NCBI GenBank assembly: GCA_034440375.1
Contig: JAWXBZ010000238.1
Location: forward strand, 1-11,265
Reading direction: 5' to 3'
Origin: Candidatus Eiseniibacteriota bacterium
GTDB taxonomy: Bacteria > Eisenbacteria > RBG-16-71-46 > JABDJR01 > JAWXBZ01
Length of the DNA stretch: 11,265 nt
A model generated the notes under the pieces. It ran no database searches and was not told the origin of the DNA. It worked only from the letters and a program-made list of their open reading frames with translations. A program made the translations under genes and the position numbers. Below are positions 1 through 6,800 of this stretch, in pieces. Each line of letters begins with the position of its first letter. The first letter of the stretch is position 1.

Positions 1-28
1 AATGGGGCGGGAGCGATCCCGCCCCATT
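1..28. terminator. Perfect 12-bp stem-loop, probable intrinsic terminator downstream of the kinase-methyltransferase pair (possibly bidirectional)
   Basis: AATGGGGCGGGA (1-12), loop GCGA (13-16), TCCCGCCCCATT (17-28) form an exact inverted repeat 50 nt past the methyltransferase stop. Any minus-strand U-tract would lie outside the window. Confidence 0.7.
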
Positions 29-78
29 GGCGTTTCATCAAGCAGATCGGCCGGCGTGATGCGACATCGACAATCCTC

Positions 79-912
79 TCAAACCCGACGCACGGCGCGG
101 GCCGTCACGAAGTAACCCGTGACATAGCGCGTCGGCCAGCCCGCCAGGCGTTCGAAGCCGGCCAGCCAGCGGATGAATCGTTGTTGAACGGCGGGGCTGG
201 CCCACCGCTCCAGAAACAGGGTTGCGTGAATCGAGAAGAATCGCGGGCAATGAAGAATGGCCCCCATTTCCCGAATCTCCCAGCCGTCCCGTTCGAGCCG
301 TTGACGCAATCCCTTTGGGCCGCAGGTGAAGCCGACATAGTACGGCATGATGCGCAGCCGGCGGAGCCAGTGAAAGGGGATGGCGTTCCGGAGCGCCACG
401 ACCGGATTGGCGCGGTTGTCGAGCGAGATCAGCAATTCGCCGCCCGGCTTCAGGACACGGCGCAGCTCGAGGAGGCTCTCGTCGAGTTCGGTGGGCGTCG
501 GGAAGTGATCCAGCGTGGAGTTCGACACGATGACGTCGAACGAGGCGTCGGCAAAGGGGAGCGCGCGCGCGTCGGCACAGATGGCGCGAAGTCCGCACGC
601 CCGCGTTCCGGCTCCCTGTGCGGTGGTCGACGACAGGTCCATGCCGACAACCACCCGCGCATGCCGGGCCAGGAGGGGATAGAGGCCTGCGGTGGCCGCT
701 TCGTCGAACAGGTCGGTCTTGAGGAGTCGTTGGACCGGCTCCTTCGGCAGCCGGCCGGCGAGCCAGTCCGCGTTGATCTGATCCGCGTGCGAGCGCCAGA
801 GCCTCTCGGGCAGATTATCGCGCCAGTGGCCGGCTACATCCTGCCAGTGGCCGCGGATGGCCTCGTCGCCGGCGCCGGCTCCGGGAATGACACCGGGGCC
901 GGGGCGGCTCAT
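79..912 (-). CDS. Class I SAM-dependent methyltransferase (Methyltransf_11-like), 277 aa, atypical motif I
   Basis: Motifs VVGMDLS (post-I acidic residue), ADARALPFADASFDVIVSNSTLDHF and LRRVLKPGGELLI are typical of class I MTases. The motif I position reads LLKTDLFDEA rather than LDxGxGxG. ATG at 912-910 overlaps the kinase TGA at 911-909. Confidence 0.88.
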   Translation of the reverse strand: MSRPGPGVIPGAGAGDEAIRGHWQDVAGHWRDNLPERLWRSHADQINADWLAGRLPKEPVQRLLKTDLFDEAATAGLYPLLARHARVVVGMDLSSTTAQGAGTRACGLRAICADARALPFADASFDVIVSNSTLDHFPTPTELDESLLELRRVLKPGGELLISLDNRANPVVALRNAIPFHWLRRLRIMPYYVGFTCGPKGLRQRLERDGWEIREMGAILHCPRFFSIHATLFLERWASPAVQQRFIRWLAGFERLAGWPTRYVTGYFVTARAVRRV

Positions 913-3578
913 CGGGCCGACATCTCACCCGGCCAGTTGAATGTCACGAGGGCGGGGTCGAGGCGCCGTTCGCCGAGGGTCTGGTTGACGATGAATCGCT
1001 GGCCGTCGGCCGACACGTCGTAGCGGCTCTGGACGAATCCGAGCGTACTCAGGTTGACAAAGAAGAGTGTTTCCGGCGTGCCGATGCGCATCGTGCCGCC
1101 CGTGTCGATGGACACCGCCATGATCCGGCCGTCCGGTGCCAGGTAGAAGAGTTCGCGTCCGTCACGGCGCCAGCGCGGCTGCGAGCCACCCTGGCTGCTG
1201 ATCTGCCACTTCTCGGTCGGCTCGGGAAAGCTCTGCAGGTAGATTTCCGATCGTCCCGATTCATTCGACCCGTACACCACGTGCCGGCCATCCGGAGAGA
1301 ATCGTCCCGTGAATTCCCCGAAGGGACTGGCCAGGTAGGGGCGCGGGGGGGAGCCGCCGTCCGAGGGTAACGTCAGGAGATCCCAGCGGCCCGATCCGAT
1401 CCGGGACTGGATGAGGAGCCAGCGGCCGTCCGGCGACCAATCGGTCGGCCCCTCCTGCGCCGGCCCGAAGAGGAGTGAATCGACGACGCCGGTCCCGGCA
1501 ACACTGGTCCGGTAGGTATTGGGATTCCCCGAAGGCAACCCGACAAAGGAAATCCACCGACCGTCGGGCGACCAGACCGGCCAGATTTCCGGCCCGGTCA
1601 GGAACGTGACTTTCGACAGGACTCCCCGCTCGAGATCACGAACCCAGATCGCCTCATCATCGCTGCCGCGTGGATCGAGCCGACCGACGGCAAGGCGCCG
1701 GCCGTCCGGCGAGAGCTGGATGTCACGCCAGGAATCCGGCGGCCCCACGTTTTCGAGCAGTCTTCCATTCCGATCGAGCCAGGCGAGCTGGCTCTTCGAA
1801 TCGCTGGAGGAGCGGTGCACCAGAACGCCGCCGGCCGAGCAGGAAAAGAGGATGTTGTCCGAATCGCGCGAACCGACACCTTCCGCGATCGGAACCGGCT
1901 CGCCGAACAGCTGGAGCTTGCCAGTATCGAAGGGATGCGCCACGAGCGTCCGCTCGCGGGCATAGACGAGGTGGCCGGTCGAGCTGTATTCGAAACGACC
2001 TGAGGAGGGCGCGGGGCTTGCCACCACCCTGGGCCTGGCTCCGGAGATGGTTCCCATCAGGAAACGAGTCAGAGGCCCCTGTTCCAGGTAGAGGAAGCGT
2101 TCGCCGTCCGGAAGAAACGTCGGCCACCCGACGACGGCTGCCTGCGCCGCCGTGTCGGGACTGGCCACCACTTCGGGAATGCCGCCGGACGCCGGAACCT
2201 TCTGGAGCGGATCGCCGGTCCGCCCGTCGAAGACGATGACCCCTTTCGATCCCCAGGCGCCGTCGGCGCCGGTTGCGGCATCGCAGATGATCTGGGTCGG
2301 TCCGCCGGCCACCGGCACCTTCTTCAGCTTGCCATCGGCGAAGAAGGCCAGGAAACGGCTGTCGGGGGACCAGAACGGGCGCGCCGTTCCATCGGTACCG
2401 GCCAGCGGCTGCGCGGCCAGCGAATTGAACCAGTGGATGTAGATCCGGCTGGTGCCGGTGGAATCGACTCCGTTATAGGCCACCGCCCGCCCGTCGGGCG
2501 ACACCTTGGGTGCGTCGACAAAAGTGAGGCCCTTCGGCATTGCGGCCTCGAATCGGATCGCGGGGGCCGGCGCCGATGGTTTCGCGGTTCGACCCATGCC
2601 AAGAAAGACCGCCGTTGCCGCCGCTGCGGCGAACAACGCCCACGGCAGGAGTGCGAGCGGTGAGCGCCGGGCGGCCGGCAGCGGAAGCCCGCCGGGAATC
2701 GGCGCCCCCACCTGTGAGCCACCTTCCGCCAGCCAGCGAAGCTGAAGCCGGACGTCATGCGCCGTCTGGATCCGCTCGTCCGGGTCCTTGGCCATCAGCG
2801 CCTCGATCAACCGCTCGAGCGGCGGCGGTACCTGCGGGGTGATCTGCGAGACCGCGCGCGGCACCTCCTTCATGATCGAGGCGATGACGCCGGCCTGGCT
2901 GTTTCCATCGAAGGCGCGGCGGCCGGTGGCCATCTCGTAGAGGACGGCACCGAAGGCGAAGAGATCGCTCCGGGTGTCGGCCTCCTTCCCTTCGAGTTGC
3001 TCCGGCGACATGTATTGAAAGGTGCCGACCAGCGTCCCTTCGACGGTCAGTGCCCGGGTCAGGGTTGGCGTGCTGGACAGGTCGCTGGTTGATGGCGCCA
3101 GCGTCGTGGCACGGGCCAGCCCGAAGTCGAGCAACTTGGCCCCGCTCTTCGTCAGCATGATGTTCGAGGGTTTCAGATCCCGGTGGACGAAGCCGCTTTT
3201 GTGCGCCTTGTCGAGGGCGTCGGCGATCTGGCCCGCGATTCGAATCAGTTCCGGCACCGGGATCGGACCACGTTCGAGCCGGGTCGACACGGTTTCCCCT
3301 TCGATGTGTTCCATCACGAGGTAGTCGATCCCTTCCTCGTGCCCCACGTCGAACAGCGTGCAGATGTTGGGATGATTCAGGCTGGAGACGGCGCGAGCTT
3401 CGCGCTCGAAGCGCTGGCGGATTTCCGGATTCGCGGACAGGTGAGCCGGGAGGACCTTGATGGCCACGGAGCGATCGAGACGGGTGTCCGTGGCCTTGTA
3501 CACCTCCCCCATGCCGCCGGCTCCCAGAGGCTCGATGATCTCGTAGGGTCCGAGGCGCTTTCCGGCAGCCAGGCTCAG
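909..3578 (-). CDS. Membrane-anchored Hanks-type Ser/Thr protein kinase with C-terminal TolB-like (PD40) beta-propeller region; 889 aa if started at CTG 3578 (ORF track start 3512 is internal)
   Basis: Kinase subdomains LGAGGMGEVY, VAIK, RFEREA, HPNI, HRDLKPSN, DFG, GTFQYMSPE, DLFAFG. Hydrophobic segment LALLPWALFAAAAATAVFLGM at about 2595-2660. Repeated SPDGR-type blades follow. The upstream in-frame extension reads (M)SLAAGKRLGPYEIIEPLGAGG. Confidence 0.95.
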   Translation of the reverse strand: MSLAAGKRLGPYEIIEPLGAGGMGEVYKATDTRLDRSVAIKVLPAHLSANPEIRQRFEREARAVSSLNHPNICTLFDVGHEEGIDYLVMEHIEGETVSTRLERGPIPVPELIRIAGQIADALDKAHKSGFVHRDLKPSNIMLTKSGAKLLDFGLARATTLAPSTSDLSSTPTLTRALTVEGTLVGTFQYMSPEQLEGKEADTRSDLFAFGAVLYEMATGRRAFDGNSQAGVIASIMKEVPRAVSQITPQVPPPLERLIEALMAKDPDERIQTAHDVRLQLRWLAEGGSQVGAPIPGGLPLPAARRSPLALLPWALFAAAAATAVFLGMGRTAKPSAPAPAIRFEAAMPKGLTFVDAPKVSPDGRAVAYNGVDSTGTSRIYIHWFNSLAAQPLAGTDGTARPFWSPDSRFLAFFADGKLKKVPVAGGPTQIICDAATGADGAWGSKGVIVFDGRTGDPLQKVPASGGIPEVVASPDTAAQAAVVGWPTFLPDGERFLYLEQGPLTRFLMGTISGARPRVVASPAPSSGRFEYSSTGHLVYARERTLVAHPFDTGKLQLFGEPVPIAEGVGSRDSDNILFSCSAGGVLVHRSSSDSKSQLAWLDRNGRLLENVGPPDSWRDIQLSPDGRRLAVGRLDPRGSDDEAIWVRDLERGVLSKVTFLTGPEIWPVWSPDGRWISFVGLPSGNPNTYRTSVAGTGVVDSLLFGPAQEGPTDWSPDGRWLLIQSRIGSGRWDLLTLPSDGGSPPRPYLASPFGEFTGRFSPDGRHVVYGSNESGRSEIYLQSFPEPTEKWQISSQGGSQPRWRRDGRELFYLAPDGRIMAVSIDTGGTMRIGTPETLFFVNLSTLGFVQSRYDVSADGQRFIVNQTLGERRLDPALVTFNWPGEMSAR
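920..2560 (-). repeat. About 12 PD40/WD40-like blade repeats (probably two six-bladed propellers) in the kinase C-terminal region
   Basis: VSPDGRAVAY, WSPDSRFLAF, WGSKGVIVF, FLPDGERFLY, YSSTGHLVY, CSAGGVLVH, LSPDGRRLAV, WSPDGRWISF, WSPDGRWLLI, FSPDGRHVVY, WRRDGRELFY, VSADGQRFIV. Boundaries approximate. Confidence 0.8.
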
Positions 3579-3582
3579 GGGT

Positions 3583-3590
3583 ACCTCCTT
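3583..3590 (-). promoter_or_regulatory. Shine-Dalgarno site of the kinase gene
   Basis: The minus strand reads AAGGAGGT-ACCC-CTG AGC CTG GCT: a full-consensus SD 4 nt before the in-frame CTG. Confidence 0.85.
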
Positions 3591-3625
3591 CGGGGAACAG
3601 GGGGGACAGGGAGAAAGTTGCCGGG

Positions 3626-3654
3626 ACTTTCGCCACTGGATCGCCCGGTGTCAA
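3626..3654 (-). promoter_or_regulatory. Putative sigma70-type promoter for the kinase-methyltransferase operon
   Basis: Perfect -35 TTGACA (3654-3649), a 17-nt spacer and a weak -10 GAAAGT (3631-3626; keeps A2, A4, T6), about 35 nt upstream of the SD. Confidence 0.5.
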
Positions 3655-3696
3655 CCGGATGGGCGGGGGAAATCACCCGGTGAATCATCCTTTTCG

Positions 3697-3725
3697 TGGA
3701 CGTCCGCTCAGGCGCCCCTTACACT
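3697..3725 (+). promoter_or_regulatory. Putative sigma70-type promoter for the 1343-aa secreted protein
   Basis: -35 TGGACG (3697-3702), a 17-nt spacer and -10 TACACT (3720-3725), each 4/6 to consensus. SD-like AGGGAG at 3791-3796 precedes ATG 3802. Confidence 0.5.
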
Positions 3726-3801
3726 TGGGGGCCAAATCGGCCGACCCCTCTACGGAGATCGGCTCCATCGTCTCGAACTCCGAAGCATCCAGGGAGACAA
3801 C

Positions 3802-6800
3802 ATGTTGCTGAACCGGCGTCCGTTCCTCTTCGTTGCGACAATGGCCACCCTGGTCGCCCTGTTTCTCCCCTCGATGGCTGCGGCCGTGGATGAGCCGATC
3901 GCCGGGATTCCGGCTGCCGGTGCCCCCGGGATTTCAGAAACCATCAACCAGATCATGGACAGGGAACTGAACGCCCCCCGGCTCGACACGGACGGGAAGG
4001 ACATGGAATCCGAACTGGTTCAGCCGGATCGCACCGGCCTGCCGCAGAATCCGGCTTCTCCAAAAGTGGAGCAGATGCCGGAGCTGCCGCCCGGATTCGA
4101 GGGAGAGGCGGCGCCCGGCATTTCCCCGTTCAGCCCGCAGACGGTCGGCACCAGCTTCACGGGGGCCACGCTGTTCGGCACCAACCCTACCTTTTCGTTG
4201 CCGCCGGACGGCATGGGTGCCATCGGACCGACCCAGTATGTCGTCTTCGTCAACGGGCGGCTGGTCACGTTCAACAAGACCACCGGCATCGCCGACGGCG
4301 TCCTGAACGCCGATCCGAATGTCTTCTTCTCCTCCGTGATCAACGGCTCTTCCACGAGTGACCCCCGCATCCGCTACGACCGGCTGACCGGCCGCTGGTT
4401 CCTGGTCATCATCAACGTGTCCACGCCCAACCGAATTCTGCTGGCCGTCAGCGACGCCGCCAGCAGCGGAACCATTTCCGGCGGCACCGTCTTCACCTTT
4501 TTCTTCATCGATATTTCGGCCACGCCGCCGGCCATCTCGAACACCTGCCTGGCCGATTACCCGACGCTGGGGCTGGACAATAACGCCCTCTACATCGGCA
4601 CCAACAACTTCTGCGGCTCGCCCCAGACATTCAACTCCACCGATGGTTACGTCGTCCGGAAAAGTTCGATCCTGGGTGCCGGCCCGATCGTCCTCACGGT
4701 TTTTCGGGGCCTGGTAGCCACCTCGGCCAGCGCGGGTCCGTACACGCCGCAGGGGGTGGACAACAACAGCCCCTCCGCCAACGAGGGATATTTCATCGGC
4801 GTCGACAACGCCACGTTCGGCACGCTGATGATGCGCCGCGTGAGCTCGCCGGGCGGCACACCAACCATCTCGGCCAACATTTCGATCACGACCCCCAGCA
4901 CGAGCTTCCCGGAAAACGTGCCGCACCTTGGCAACACCGGCGGCACCAACGGACGTCTGTCGGCGTTGGACGATCGACTCTTCGCGGCCCAGATTCGGAA
5001 TGGCCGACTCTGGACCGCCCACAATATCGAGGTCAACGCCAGCGGTGTTGCCAGCACCACGGGCAGTCGCAACGGATCGCGCTGGTACGAACTGAACGTG
5101 CCGGTCGGCACCGGCACACCGACGATCGTTCAGTCGGGCACCATCTTCGATCCGGCCGCCACCAATGCGGGTTACTACTGGATCCCCTCGGTCCTGGTGT
5201 CCGGCCAGGGACACGCCGCCTTCGGCATGAGCCACGCCGGCAACAATGCCCGGGCCAACGCCGCCACGGTTGGCCGGCTCGCGGGAGATGCGCTTGGCAC
5301 CACGCAAACACCGGTCCTGTACACCGCCAGCGCCACCGCCTACAACCCGGCCAGCGATCCGGGCGGTTCGGGTGGCCGTCGCTGGGGCGACTACTCCTAC
5401 ACCAGCCTCGATCCGATCGACGACATGACCATGTGGACGGTGCAGGAGTTCTGCGATGCCACCAACTCCTACGGTGTCCGGGTGGCCAAACTGATCGCGC
5501 CGCCGCCGGCCACGCCGAGCTCGATTCCCGATGTCACCGCGGGTGCGAATCCGGTCAACGTGACACTGACCGGCCTCGTGGTCTCCGGCTCCGGCTTCTA
5601 CGATCCGGGCGCGAATCTTCCGGGCGTACCGGCCTTCAATCACCTGGCAGTCACCATCAGCAACGGACTCGCCACCGGCACGCCGCCGACGGTCATTTCC
5701 GCCACATACGTCAATCCGACCACCGTCAGCCTGGTGCTGAACGCCTCGGCCGCCACGGCCAGCATCGGGGCCGAGCGCTACCGGGTCACCGTGATCAACC
5801 CGGACGGCCAGTCGGTTTCCGGCGACATTCTCAAGGTCATCGGCGGGACGCCCAGCGTGTCGCTGGCTCCCGCGCCGATCCAGCCGGAAACCAATGCCGG
5901 CCTGGCCAGCTTCAACTTCACGGTGAACCTGTCGGCCACCACGGCGAACCCGGTGACCGTCAATTATCAGACCTCCGACGGCTCCGCCACGGTGGCGGAT
6001 GACGACTACGTGGCGGCCACGAGCTTCATCATCATTCCGGCCAATACGCCGTCCGGCATCATCACGATCAGCGTGAAGGGCGATACGAAGCACGAGCCGC
6101 TCGAGACGTTCACGCTGACCCTGACCGGTACGACCAATGCCACGCTCGGCACCCCGGTCGCCGCGGCCGCCGGCATCCAGAATGACGATGCGATTCCGAC
6201 CATCGAGATCGCACCGGGCGTGCTGCTCCCCGAAGGAAATGCCGGACTTTCGGGCACGGTGCTATTGGTAACACTGTCCAACCCCAGTTCGAGCACGGTT
6301 TCGGCCAGCTTCCAGACAAGCGACGGTTCCGCCATGATCAGCGACGGCGACTATCCCAGCAGCATGGGCCAGGTGTCGTTCCCGCCGGGCACCGTGTCGG
6401 CACCGATCGTCGTGCAGGCGACGGGTGACACGAAGTTCGAGAACGATGAGACCTACCTGGTGACGCTGTCATCCCCGGTGAACGGCACCATCGGGAATGC
6501 CGTCGGCGTCGTGACGATTGAGAACGACGATGTGCCCCCCGTCATTTCGATCAACGACGTCCAGATCGCGGAAGGGGACGCCGGCATCACCCTGTTCCTG
6601 TTCACGGTCAGCCTGTCGGAACCGAGCGGCCTGCCGGCCTCGGTCGATTTCACGACGAACGAGGGGACCGCCACCCTGGCCAACAACGATTTCAACTCCC
6701 TGGCAGGAAATCTCAATTTCCCGCCAGGCCTGACATCGCAGCCGGTAGGAATTCACGTGAACGGGGACGTGACCCAGGAGTCGAACGAAACGTTCACGGT

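Noticed and set aside
181-1023. 280-aa plus-strand ORF and the 186-aa minus ORF at 38-598
   Set aside because: They overlap the methyltransferase, which has clear family motifs; these have none.
909-3512. ORF-track start at ATG 3512 for the kinase
   Set aside because: It would delete the first beta-strand and half of the GxGxxG loop, and the strong SD lies at 3583-3590.
2755-3654. 299-aa alternative-frame minus ORF as a possible frameshifted kinase N-terminus
   Set aside because: The kinase N-terminal motifs are continuous in one frame from CTG 3578, so no frameshift or pseudogene is needed. This ORF's TTG start is part of the -35 TTGACA.
3934-6093. 719-aa minus-strand ORF
   Set aside because: Antisense shadow of the 1343-aa gene. 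It is Arg/Gly/Val-rich with no motifs, as expected from strong GC3 bias on the coding strand.
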